Numbered from the stretch's first letter, positions 21,628-42,047 are shown. The stretch: 64,000 bases of DNA from the human T2T-CHM13v2.0 reference genome, Homo sapiens (GCF_009914755.1 NC_060927.1), one strand, 5' to 3'. Notes: generated by a model not told the origin, from the sequence alone. Numbers and translations are program-made.

Positions 21628-22531
21628 TTATTTTTGATGATACACAAGAAAGTGTTAATAATGAGACTGAGGTGGGACAGGGACTGAATTGGGGTGAATC
21701 GAGGAGGGAGAATGTTGCTTTATATATTACACCATTGCGGAATTGTTAAAGTTTCATCATAAGCCCATAGCACCTACATTTAGAAAAAAATACATATGTA
21801 TATATTTGTAAAGGAATGGAAGGGCAGGAGATGGCTGACATAAGCCAGTTCCAGACTTCAACCATACCACATCCTTCTGTGCCCTGTGCTCTAGATCTGG
21901 GAAAACCCACTCAGCAGCTGGGACCCAGAAGAATATGGTGATATCAATAAACTCACTGTGACAGCTGAGAACCCATGGTTTCCAGACATCTTCATCATGG
22001 AATTGTGGGTATGCAGGAGGGCTAGGGAAGCTGGAGGGAAGCCATGTCTGCAAGGAACAGGCCAGGACAGTGCAGGGCAAACTCATTCAGTATGGCCACT
22101 AAACACGTACTTCAGAGAGAAGCAAGATCACAGCTGATCAACTTCTCCCCTAGAAATGAGAAAACGGCTGGCAGAAAAGATGGTGGCAGGTGAATTGCTT
22201 GAGCCCAGGAGTTTGAGACCAGCCTGGGAAACATGGCAAAATGCTGTCTCTACAAAAAAATACAAAAATTAGCCAGGCGTAGTAGTGCACACCTGTAGTC
22301 CCAACTACTCAGGAGGCTGAGATGAAAGGATCGCTTGAGCTCAGGAGTTTGAGGCAACAGTCAGCTCTGATTGTGTCACTGCACTCCAGCCTGGATGACA
22401 CAGTGCAATCCTGTCTCAAAAAAAAAAAAAAAAAAAAAAAAGGCAAACTCATATTTTAAAATACATAAAAAGAAAAGTAGGGTATTTGCTGATTGGGGAT
22501 GTATGGATGGTGAGGTGGGAGTTGAACTTAG

Positions 22532-24045
22532 TGACGGCAGCAGTATCCTGTCTAGAGCACCACTGCCATCATGCTGACTGCAACAGGGAGGCGCGGCTGG
22601 GCTGCGCACTCCACTGAGCAGGCAGGAGCCCCACCCTCCTGGGTGCAGCTGCAGCTGCCCAAACCATGGCTGCAGACCCAGGTATCCCTGTACTCCTGGA
22701 GGCCCAAGAAGGCCCCATCCCTGCTCTCACAGGCTTGGGAATGCCTGCTCTCACTGCCTGGCTTCTCCCTGCTGTTGGTGACTGCTCCGATCTCAAAGCA
22801 AAGTCGGGGCTGAGCCCAGGTGCTGGTTGGGTGTGCACGCACTCAGAGCAGTGCTGACATGCCAACCCCCTGCCACCTAGGTCCCCTCTGGAATTTGGGC
22901 ACCAAGGAGCATAGGAGGGAAGCCAAGGGGGGCACTGAGGGCATCTCGGTGCTGGCCTGCAGGCGCCCCGTGGCACCTACAGCCACCCCGTGGCACCTAC
23001 AGCCACCCCTTGGCACCTACGGCCTGGGCACCACGAACAGCAGTGAGAGGCAGACAGGTTCCTGGGCGGAAGGGGGCCATTTCCTGGTGAGGCCCCACCT
23101 TCAGGCCAGGGAGTGCCTGAAGGCTGAGGATCAGGCTGCTAGTCCCACGTACTGGAGTGAGAACTTGTGGTGCCTTTTCCAGGCCTGCCCTTGGCCACCC
23201 ATGGACCAATCGGCATACACTTCCTCACCTCTGAGGCCCATGAAAGCCCCAGGCTCAGCCAGAGCTGAGCAGATATCAGAATGACCGGCTGCAGAGAGGA
23301 ACTACTCACTCCAGGGCCTCCTCTCTGCTGAAAGGTGCAGACGGCAGGACGACCAGCTGCATAGAGGAGCTATTCACCCCACGGTGTCCTCTGAGCTATT
23401 CTGTCACTCAATAAAGCTCCTCTTCTTCTTGCTTACCCTCCACTTGTCTGCTTACCTCATTCTTCCAGGACACAGGACAAGAACTTGGGACCTGCCGAAT
23501 GGCAGGGCTGAAAGAGCTATAACACGAACAGGGCTGAAACATACCCCTTGCTCACCATGTTGTGGCTGAAGAGAAGGAGAGAAGAGCTGTGGCCCTTTGG
23601 GGAGCCCAGAGCTGGGAGCTCCCCAAGCCAGGGCTGGGACTCCCTCTTTGAGGCCCTGCAGTTCCTGGAATCTCCAAGCTTCCAGGTGTCACCGTGTTCC
23701 CTGGCAGCAGCCATGGAAGCTGCTTACGGTGCACCTGGTCCAGCCGCAGCCTTGCAGAGAGCCAGCAGCCATGTCAGCACCTGGAGCTGCCCACCACAGC
23801 AGCCGGCGTGCCTGACTGTGCACAGTGGCCAGACCCCACACTCGCTCGCTCACACCCTCCTCGCCACTCCACACCTGGCTTGCCCTTGGAGGGGTGGGAT
23901 CCAGGCTGGTAGCATGAGCCGAGTGCAGCCTGCCAGACCGAGTGGGCAGAATGAGCCCAGTGGGCCCAAGAAAAACTCAGACAAAGGCACCACTGGCCAC
24001 AGAGGTTTCCAGCCAGAAAAGTGACACCCCAGCAATCCTGCAACA
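22532..24045 (+). mobile_element. MER52-like ERV1 solo LTR (~1.5 kb, GC-rich) inside the pseudogene
   Basis: Starts TGACGGCAGCAG, ends ...CCTGCAACA, internal AATAAAGCTCCTCTTC; explains the cluster of GC-rich ORFs at 22550-24120. Confidence 0.8.
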
Positions 24046-24797
24046 GAAAGGAGTGAGGCTCTGAGACACCCCAGCATAGAAAGGAGGCAAATGAGCAGCA
24101 AGGAAGTCATTGTATTGGGCAATCTGGAAAAGGTAGCTAAATTGGTTTTCTAATTCATCACACCTGCACGAGTAGGTGTCATGCAGATGTGTGCTGAATA
24201 AATGTTTGTCTCCCCTGCAGTGGATAACATGGGCGGGGGCAAGGAAGTATAGGAAATAGCAGATACTTCAAGTGACACTGTGCAAACACAGTGGGAGTGG
24301 GAGCTCCTGGGCATCAACAAGGCCACACTGAAGATATCTGTGGGTTCCAGTCTTTTTGACCAAATCATGTTGTCTGTGAACCTGTACCCCTCACCACCAC
24401 CTCCTCCCTCACCAGACCCATCTGAGTCCAAGAGCCAGATCCTCTTACTTCTTGCCCCAAGACCAGACAATCCCTGGGCACCATAACCCTCAGAGCCTTC
24501 CTCTCTCCCGAGTCCCTTAAAGCATCACCCCTTTTTGAACCTGCCAGCTCTGGCCTAGGGTTTGTTTGGAGGTATGGGGGCGTCTTGTTAGTCATATGAA
24601 AGCTGCTTCTTTTTCAGCCCCATAGAGAGAGCCCTTGCTGGGGCGAGGACACCAAAGAAGGATAGGGCTGGAACTAGCCTTTGGGCCCCCTTCAGGGCTG
24701 ACTTTACCAGTTCTCTGCTCATTCCTCCTCACCAGGTGGCCATCAGGTGCAGGCCCAGCCTCTATGTGATAAATTTTCTGGTGCACAGTGGCTTTCT

Positions 24798-24973
24798 TTT
24801 AATTTATTTATCTCTATATTTTTTAGAGACAGGGTCTCACTCTATTGCCCGGGCTGGAGTGCAGTGGCACAATCACAGCTCACTGTAACCTCAAACTCCT
24901 GGCCTCAAGAGATCCTCCCACACTGGCCTCCCGAAGTGCTGGGATTACAGGCCTAAGCCACCGCGCCTGCCCC
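24798..24973 (-). mobile_element. Alu monomer (FRAM-like) inserted in pseudogene exon 7
   Basis: Single-arm Alu with A-rich tail; degenerate TSD CACAGTGGCTTTCT (24784-24797) / CCCACGGGCTTTCT (24974-24987). Confidence 0.85.
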
Positions 24974-26854
24974 CCCACGGGCTTTCTGGTTGCCATCGAT
25001 GCCCTCAGCTTCTACCTACTAGCAGAAAGTGCGAATCATGCCCCATTCGAGGCCACCCTTCAGCTGGGCTGCAGCGTCTTCCTGCTCATGGTGAATACAC
25101 TACTCCCCGCTAGTGTCACCCCCTCATCAGCACAGCTCCTCCCACAGTTGGAAAATGGAAAAAGAAAAAGAAGTATTTTCTTTTAGGGTTGCTGGGGCTC
25201 CTGAGGCAGAAGGGAGAAAGAAGGCGTCTCAGGAAGGGCCCTCTGTGTGAAACAGGGAAAAGGGGGGCTTAGTAGTGGCACCTATGGACCTGCCTCAAGC
25301 CTGCTTCTTATCCCCAGCCCAGGTGTCTACTTTGCCTGTCCCTGGTGGTGGGCAGCCTGCTGGAGACCGTCTTCATCACCCACCTGCTGCACGTGGCCAC
25401 CACCCAGCCCCCACCCATGCCTAGGTGGCTTCACTCCCTGCTGCTCCACTGCACCAGCCCAGGGAGATGCTGTCCCACTGCGCCCCAGAAGGGAAATAAG
25501 GGCCTGGGACTCACCCCCACCCACCTGCCTGGTGAAGGAAGCCAGCACTGTCCATACTCGCCCTTCACACTGGGCCCCGCACTCCTCTAATCCTGTCCCC
25601 TTCCCACTCCACGACTGAGCCTCTGTCCTCTCCACAGGCCCAAAGGAGCCGGGGGAGTTAGCAGGGAAGGAGGTGAGACCCGGAGAGACTGAGCTAGATG
25701 GGGGCTCAGGATGGACAAACGCCCAGCTAGTGGAGCTGTGGGTGCAGTTCAGCCACGCGATGGACACCCTGCTCTTCCGCCTCGGGAACACCTAGGAGTT
25801 GAGTTCTGAGTGTGCGCGAGCAGCAGGGTTCAGCTTCCCTTGGCCTCAGCGGGCCATGCCAGGCGCTGCTTCTGCACTGCAGTCGGCAGACCCAGCCCCA
25901 GCCATGCCATGATCCCTGCTCCAGCCCTTCCTGTGGTTAAATAGAACCACTGCTAGCACTCCCAGAAACGAGAATGTATTTCCAAAATAGAATACATTCA
26001 GAAGATACATGTTTATGTTAGAAATATAATTTAATAGAAAAGAAAGACTTTATCATAAGTGACCGCAAATATGTACCAGAAAAGTAATTCATGTTATTGG
26101 TATGGAGGAAAAGGATTCGTTTTTTAAACATAGGCTAACACATGTCATTCTCTTTTAATAAATATTTATTGAGCCAGGTGTGGTGGCTCCCACCTGTCAT
26201 CCCAACACTTTGGGAGGCCGAGGCAGGAGGATCACCTGAGGTCAGGAGTTTGAGACTAAGCCCTGTTCGAGACTTGAGGATGAATCAAACACAAGCTCTG
26301 TCCTCAAAGAGCTTCTAGCCCAGCAGAAGAAATGAAATATGTGTGTTAAATAATTTCAATTAGATGTAGAACGTGTTTTTAAAGTTCTGCTTCCCACCAA
26401 AGAAGTCCTATCTCACTCTACTTGATAACTCTTAACCTCAGAGTGTCAGTCTCCACTGTGGCCGCCATCAGCCTGTGGACTGACCCATCTTCCCCAGCTC
26501 TCAGAATTTCCTTGCCTCTCATGGCTTGTTCACACGCACTAATGAACGCATGTATAACTAGTGAGTTCTGAATAGACTCTATGGATTGTACTGTTAAAAG
26601 CTAATTTTCAGAAAAGGGCAAAATCATTAATCTCATATGAATGTAAAAAGGAGTACGTGTTAAAGAATTGGTTAAACTCAGATGATACGAGATCATCAGG
26701 CAGATGTTATAAAAGGCTCAAAGGAAACATCAAGAACCATCAATTTATATACAGTAAAGATAGCAAATTGCAAATGGAGACAAAACTGGTTTTTCCTCAG
26801 GGGTTAGGGAGAAAGTCAACTGGAAGTCTACAGGACAAGATAGAGTTTGCATAT

Positions 26855-28221
<1,367 letters not shown>

Positions 28222-28356
28222 CTAGAATCCAACAGCTGGAATAGTTGCTATGGTCAATGCATAGTTTCTCATGGAAGTACAAAATTTTTTTCTATAATCT
28301 TCTCCATTTTCGATAATCTCCTTCCTAACCTCAAGGGAAGATTATAATCTTTTTTG

Positions 28357-28805
<449 letters not shown>

Positions 28806-29840
28806 TAAGAGACAGAATCTCACTCAGTCATCCAGACTGGAATGTAGAGACACGATCACAGCTCACTACAACCTCAAACTCCTGGGCTCAAGTGATCCTC
28901 TCACTTTAACTCCCAAGAACCTGAGGTTAAAGTGTGTACCAATACATCTGGCTAATTTGTTTTATTTATTTATTTTGAGATGGGGCCTTGCTATGTTGCC
29001 CAGGCTGATTCTGAACTCCATGATCCTCTCACCTCAGCCTCCTGAGTAGCTGGGATTACAAGTACATGTCGCTGTGCCTGGCAAGAAGATTCTTTTTGGT
29101 CACAAAATGAGACTGGTCTTAACATTTGGCTTCAAGTCTTTACATGGGTACAACAAGAGTGGTAAAGTACCATTTAGGGCTTCTTAAGTTTGCCTTGCTA
29201 AAAGTTTTCAAAAAATCCCAAACTTGACTTTCAAAAGCCTCTTGAAGCCAGATAGCCACACCAAGAACTCACCACCAGATTTCACCTGAAGGACCCCTAA
29301 ATTTGAGTGAATTTGTCTCTTCTTAAGGTCCTCAAAATATCCTAGGGTTCTTGGGTCCACCTGGACCTGTAAGACTGGCAACGCTATAAGCCAGGTACTA
29401 GGCCAGTTTTCATGGAAGGGGTTTGTAAGCATTGGTTCCACAAAGTCAACCTTAGTTCTTTAGAAATGTCTAACCATATTTGATTAAATGAGCATCCTTC
29501 TGAAATATGATACTCCAGGCAAGGCCTTGGTTGCATAACCAACGTTTCCAATTCCATCCTGGTAAAAAGGAAGACAGAGTCATCGAACCTATACCAATAA
29601 CTACATTGTCATGAAAATACAATAATTATATTGTCATGAAATTAAGAATATTTTATAAGAGTTTGCAAATCCTGTAGAGGTCAGGCAGGGAGAAGAAGTA
29701 TCATTTACAAATGTTTCACTTCAGTGTAAAAAACAGAGTCTTTTTAAAAAGCAGAGTTATAATTACTAAATTGTTGACTTATAAATAGCTTAAGAGGAAA
29801 GAAAATGGGCTTCCTTAAATATCTGGAAAATAGAATATTA

Positions 29841-30291
<451 letters not shown>

Positions 30292-30542
30292 TCAACTAGA
30301 GTTCTAGAAATCCTGACTCAGTCCACTAGTATGATCTCAAAGCTGTTTAAGTGTTGCCATCAGACACTATGCCCAAAGTATCCAGCATAGTCCTTTCCCA
30401 CAGGATTTTGTGATAATCCTTTATTGAAGACAGACCGCTCTGGCCTGTAGCTGATTGTTGAGCTTTCAAGGAAGTATCAGAGTAAAATAAAAAACTATCT
30501 GTAGGTAACAAAAGACTTAAAATGGTTATGATTAGTTTACTA

Positions 30543-31119
<577 letters not shown>

Positions 31120-31982
31120 TTAATATATCATATATATAAGAAGTGGACCAGGAGTATTCAGGAGTCTTTGAATGGCTATTCTTAGGCAAACATTTTTAAA
31201 AATCATATATCATGAACTTGCTAAGTTTATAGCAAGAACATACAAAGAACATATTGAGAACATCAAGAGATTCAGTAAGTCTGAATTTCTGAGTATCTGT
31301 ATATTAATAAAACTACATAAATAAGTTATCTGAATCCCTAGTTGCAACCTACTGGCCTAGAAGATGCTAGATTCAAATTGAAGAAGTAAAAAGGTGACCA
31401 TGTTAACATTAAAAAGAAATTAAAATGTAACTGAAGGCTCCAATCACATGGCCAGAGGTCTGCTGCGCTCTCCTGGAGGCCAATACCCAATTCAGTTCTG
31501 GTCCAAAGGAAAGAGATTTTGGACATAGATTCACACAGTTCCTCTAGACTTGCTTTTTCTTTTTCTTCCTTTCTTTTACTTTTTATTTTTTAATGATTTT
31601 TAAAAATTTTTTTGAGAAAGAGTCTCGCTCTGTTGCCCAGGCTGGAGTGCAGTGGCTCAATCTTGGCTCACTGCAACCTCCACCTCCTGGGTTCAAGCAA
31701 TTCTCCCTGCCCTAGCCTCCCAAGTAGTTGGAATTACAGGCATGCACCATCAAGCCCGGCTAATTTTTGTATTTTTAGCAGAGATGGGGTTTCCCCATGT
31801 TCGCCAGGATGGTCTGGAACTCCTGACCTCAAGTAATTCACCCATCTTGGCCTCCCAAAGTGCTGGGATTACAGGCATGAGCCACCGTGCCCAGCCAAAT
31901 TATTTAAAATTTACATAAGTGTTGTGAAGCTTGTACAAAGAGCTCCTGTGTGTGCTTCACCCAGATTTTCCAAATGTGGATA

Positions 31983-32018
<36 letters not shown>

Positions 32019-32020
32019 AA

Positions 32021-32384
<364 letters not shown>

Positions 32385-33252
32385 TAAAAGCTAGAACACT
32401 CTCCTATATAACCATAGTACAACCATCAAAATCAGAAAATTAGTATCAATACAATGTATTGTATTGTCTAACTTATAAGCCCTATTTGAACTTTGCCAAT
32501 TCTTCCAATAATGTCTTTTTTTTTTTTTTTTTGAGGCAGTCTCACTCTGTCGCCCAAGCCAGAGTACAGTGGCACAATCTTGGCTCACTGCAACCTCTGC
32601 CCCCTGGGTTCAAGCGATTCTCCTGCCTCAACCTCTTAAGTAGCTGGGATAATAGGTGTGCGCAAACACACCCAGCTAATTTTTGTAATTTTAGTAGAAA
32701 CAGGGTTTTGCCATGTTGGCCAGGCTCGTCTCGAACTCCTGACCTCAAGTGATCTGCCTGCCTTGGCCTTCCAAAGTGCTGGGATTACAGATGTGAGTCA
32801 CCACGCCCAGCCTCCAGTAATGTCTCTTATAGGTGTAGGACCCAATCCAGGAATACACACTGCATTTAGCTGTTACATCTCTTCAGTCTGTCAATCTGGA
32901 ACACTGCCTCAGTCTTTTCTTGTCTTTCGTCATCTGGATATTTTGAAGAGTATAGCTAGTAATTTTGTAGTTATTTTGTCCCTCAATTTGGGTTTGCCTA
33001 ATTACTTCTTCAACTACTCATGACTTATGCCTCTTTAGTAGGAATACCCTAGAAGTGGTGCCAAGTTCTTCTTAGTGCATCACAGAAAGTACACAATGTC
33101 AATTTGTCACTTTACTGATGATAACTGTTATCACTCAGTTAAAAAGATGTCTGCCAGATTTCTCCACTGTAAAGCTAATTAGTAAGTATGGCATATAGGT
33201 AACTTTTTTGTGGAGCACTACTTTGAGACTATATAATTATCTCATTCCTCAT

Positions 33253-33584
33253 CATGGGTTTGAACTGCAAGGATCCACTTATCTTCAGATTTTCTTCTGC
33301 CTCTGATACCCTGAGGCAGCAAGACCAACCCCTTCTCAGCCTACCTACATGAAGATGAAAAGGATGAAGACCTTTATGATGATCTACTTCCATTTAATTA
33401 ATAGTAAGTATATTTTCTCTGCCTTATGATTTTCTTAATAACATTGTCTTTACTCCAGTTTACTTTATCATAAGAGTACAGCATATAATACATATAATAT
33501 ATAAAATATGTGTTATACACAGATTTTTGACTGTGCAGGGTGTTGGTGTTCCTAAACCCCAGTAGTGTTCAAAGGTCAACTGTA
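33253..33584 (+). mobile_element. Tigger2a/MER28-like DNA transposon
   Basis: CATGGGTTTGAACTGC...GATGAAGACCTTTATGATGAT...GTTCAAAGGTCAACTGTA terminus. Confidence 0.8.
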
Positions 33585-33779
33585 CATTTGTTGAAAGATT
33601 ATAATAGATGATCTCAAAATTATCTAAAGATATAGATTCTCATCCTTTCAACCAAGAAGTATAAATTACATGAAGGAACAAACCACAATGAGACAGTTAT
33701 CAAAACAGTCAGCATACCAAGAACTAGACATAATAAAACAATCTGAAAGAGATTATAAAACAACTATGTTCCAACTTCT

Positions 33780-36795
<3,016 letters not shown>

Positions 36796-37309
36796 AAGGT
36801 TAGCCATAGTGGTTCATACCTGTAAATTCCAGTGATTTGGGAGGCTGAGGCAGGAGGATTGCTTGAGGCCAGGAGTTCAACACCAGCCTGGGCAGCATAG
36901 CAAGGCCCTGTCTCTAGAAACAATAAAAAAAAATTAGCCACACATGGTGGCATGCACCTGTAGTCCCAGCTACTTGGGAGGCTGAGGTGGCAGGATTGCT
37001 TGAGCCCTGGAGTTCAAGGCTACAGTGAGCTATGATCATACCACTGTACTCCAGCCTGGGAGACAGTGAGACCCTGTCTCTAAAAAAAACAAAACAAAAC
37101 AAAAAGCAAAACTCAGTGGACAGATTAGACACAGCTGAGGGCCGGGCACGGTGGCTCACGTCTGTAATCCCAGCATGGTGGCTCACAGTTGAGGGCCAGG
37201 CATGGTGGGAGACAGTGAAACCCTCTCTCTAAAAAACAAAAAAACAAAAAAACAAAACCAAAACTCAGTGGGCAGATTAGATGGACAGATTAGACACAGT
37301 TGAGGGTCA

Positions 37310-37477
<168 letters not shown>

Positions 37478-37887
37478 TCAGGAGGCTGAGACAGGAGAAT
37501 CGCTCAAATCAAGGAGGTGGAGGCTGTAGTGAGCCAAGATCACGCCACTGCACTCTAGCCTGGGCAACAGAATGAGACTCCATCTCAAAATAAAATAAAA
37601 TATGGAAGGCATCCATACTTGCATTTTGCATTCTTCGTATGTAATCATATTGTCAAAGACAAATTATGTCATAATCTATTGTAAATAACACTTTTCCCCA
37701 GACCTACCATAAAGTTTCTGCAATGTATTGTCTTCCAGTTGCAATAAAAATTACTGAGTTTCATCAAAAATTAATTAATTAATTAATTAAAATAAACACA
37801 GTTGAGGAGAGAATTTTTTTCCTGGAAGCTAGATCTGAAGAAATCATTAGGGACAGAGATAAAGAGGTAGAAAATAGGAAAGAGAGG

Positions 37888-38695
<808 letters not shown>

Positions 38696-39093
38696 TGTAA
38701 GATAGAAGGAAACCATTCAACACATGTCTAATAAGAAAAATAGAGGAAGTGAAACATTTATAAATGTCTGAGAATTTTCCAAAATTGAAGAGATGAGTCT
38801 TCAGACCAAGGGATCTCACCAAGATCTGCAAGTTGATCACGTATGAACTATCTATAACCATTTACGTTGCAGTGAAATACCTAAGACTAAGATAAAGTCT
38901 TAAAAGCAGACTGAACCTTAAGCATAGGCAAGAACAAGACAACCAGAACACTCTTTGAAGGAAGGTTACAAATGTCAGTGGTCAACCAATGCTATTAGTA
39001 TTCAAAGTCAGACTCTAGGTGTGGCCTGTGCTGCTTTAATCTGGGCATTCCTGGGTCCCAGTACATGTTCAGAGAAGAACTTAGACAAAGAAG

Positions 39094-39160
39094 ATGGAAG
39101 GAAGCTGGTTCCACAGGAAAAGATTTTCCTTCTACCTCCTTCTCGGTTTTCTGCTTCAAG
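39094..39160 (+). CDS. HTR3E: HTR3E exon 1 (signal peptide)
   Basis: AAGATGG strong Kozak; MEGSWFHRKRFSFYLLLGFLLQ; donor GTAAGA at 39161. Confidence 0.92.
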
Positions 39161-39735
39161 GTAAGAAAGGAGCAATGATGGGGGAAGGCGGAAGAAGGAG
39201 GACCTCTCTCTAGTAGAACATCTAGGAACTTTTTTCAAATTTCCAACTCCTAGAGATTGTCTAAGATGGATAGAGTTCTTTCATAGCTACATTACTAAGA
39301 TGCCCACATAGACTTTCCTTTTCTGAAAGACGGAAAATCCCCTTCCAGTTACATGCCAAACAAGAGCACTTTCATTTTCCTTCTCGAAAAATAGAGTTCA
39401 ACACCAGCAAACTTTATCCTTTCACATATGGATATCCAGTTTTCCCAATACTACTTGAAAAGTCTGTCTTTTCTCCATTGGTACCCTACATGGAAGACAA
39501 CCATCCACGATCGTCTTCTCTTGTATTTAGCTTCTATATCCATCCATCTTTCTATCCACAGGTGTAATTCTTTCTCTCTACAGGTATGAAACCCAAACCA
39601 TTGTAGCAAAGTGCCCACCTCCTTTAGCCATAATTTCCCTGTCCATCTGCTGGATCCAAGGGCTCTAGGTTAGGTAAGGTGCCAGAAGGCAGCAGGTCAA
39701 GGGTGAAAGTAGAATGTGCTTCTCTTCCAGGGGGT

Positions 39736-39960
39736 CAGCATGGTAGAGAGACAAGAACATGGGATTTGGAGACAGGTGGACCTGGGTTTGAATCTTGGTG
39801 TCTCACGTTGCTAGTTTTATAAACTTGGATGCACTGCTTAACTTATCTGAGCTCTGGTTTCCTCATCTGTAAAACAGAACCTACCTTGCAGGGTTGTGAG
39901 GATTCAGTAAGAGAAGGAGGGAAGCACAGTGTCTGGCACTTGGTAAAAGTGCCAATAACT
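39736..39960 (+). mobile_element. MIR SINE in HTR3E intron 1
   Basis: CCTGGGTTTGAATCTTGG...TTTCCTCATCTGTAAAA...GGGTTGTGAGGATT MIR core. Confidence 0.85.
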
Positions 39961-40345
39961 GTCATCTCTCCTCGTTAGATTATTCCATGACTTTGGATAA
40001 GGAGGCACAGGAGAGGACTGAACCAGAGGTGACTTTAAAGGCCAGCACAGGGAAGAGACACAAATTGTACACCTGGTCTAGGCAGTGTAAATGGTTATGA
40101 AAGCTCCTCTGGGCACTTGCACACAGGGGTTGACAAATGAATATTCACTGTTCTTAGAGTGGTTTAAGAATTTGCTGGAAAGCACTGTGACGTTGGGAAT
40201 GGATAAGGCTCAATGTCCTTGGCACAGAGGTTATCAACCATCTCTCTCAGTCCAAGTTGTTGCTCCTCCAACACATTTTCATGACTAGAAAATTTAAAAA
40301 TTTATTAGTTAGAAGAGGGTGGGACGGGTCAGGTGAGGTGGCTCA

Positions 40346-40614
<269 letters not shown>

Positions 40615-40680
40615 TTAAAAATTTAAAAAAGAAATTAAAAAAAAATCCCACCCACACTTCTAAAAATAGCTATGTGGCTA

Positions 40681-40791
<111 letters not shown>

Positions 40792-40996
40792 CTACAAAAA
40801 TTTTTTAAAAAAATTAGCCAAGTGTGGTGGGGAACGCCTGTAGTCACAGTTACTTGGGAGGCTGAGGTGGGAAGATCCCCTAAGCCCAGAGGCTGAGGCC
40901 AAGTGATTGCGCCACTGCACTCCAGCCTGGGCAGTAGAGTGAGTCGCTGTCTCAAAAAACCCCCAAAAACCCCAAACTAAGAAATATGCACAATTA

Positions 40997-41305
<309 letters not shown>

Positions 41306-41723
41306 AAGAAATATGCACAATTATTATATGTCCATTAAAAATAAAATAAAACTTTTTTAAAGCCTCAAACTAGAACGCTGGTGATAGAGTTGGGTAAAGT
41401 CAAGTAAGAAGGAAGGTTGGGGCAGTCGGGGTGAAAACAGGTGTGTTCTCTCCGGGGCCCCGGGACTGTAATCCTATCGGATGACTATCAACATTCCAGG
41501 CTCAGTTTGCATATAGATTTGGGCATGCTTTGCATGGAGACAGAAATATTAGAAAGGAGGCTGGAGCTCTAGCTCAGCTTTGCTACATTAGCTTCCAGAA
41601 TTTGCATTCCAGCTCACCCCATCCTCCCGGGCCTCGGAAGGAAGAGCCCAGCGTCTGGACCCCTCTCGGTGATCCCCTCCCCATTCTTCATCTCATCCCT
41701 GGGGACGTATAGCACAGCAGCAG

Positions 41724-41951
41724 CAGACAAACCTGGGTTCAGAACAGGTCCGGCTTCTGCCTTTTATTGGCTGTCTGACTGTAGGAAGTTACTTCCTCTT
41801 ATTGCACCTTAGTTAGCTCGTTTATTACATGAGGGTAAAGCAGTATCTACCTGATAGGGGATTGGGAGGATTAAATGAGGTAATCCATTTTTAAAGGGCT
41901 TAGAATATACCTGACACACAGCCAGTGCTCAACAAATGTTAGCTTTCATTT
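41724..41951 (+). mobile_element. MIR SINE overlapping the alternative HTR3E start codon
   Basis: ACCTGGGTTC...AAGTTACTT...GAGGATTAAATGAG...GCTCAACAAATGTTAGCT follows the MIR consensus to its 3' end. Confidence 0.85.
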
Positions 41952-42047
41952 TATCACGGGCGACCCCACGCCCTGCCTTGGGGCCCCTCTCATATAGGGA
42001 GCACAGGGTTGCTCTCCTTCATCTCACACATTCGATGTCCACTACAG
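41936..42047 (+). CDS. HTR3E: Alternative HTR3E N-terminus, in-frame 5' extension of exon 2 (would give 471 aa)
   Basis: [37 protein letters not shown] reads directly into exon 2 [12 protein letters not shown]. Confidence 0.7.

Noticed and set aside
22552-24122. Dense overlapping GC-rich ORFs up to 158 aa
   Set aside because: All lie within the MER52-like LTR; expected from GC content
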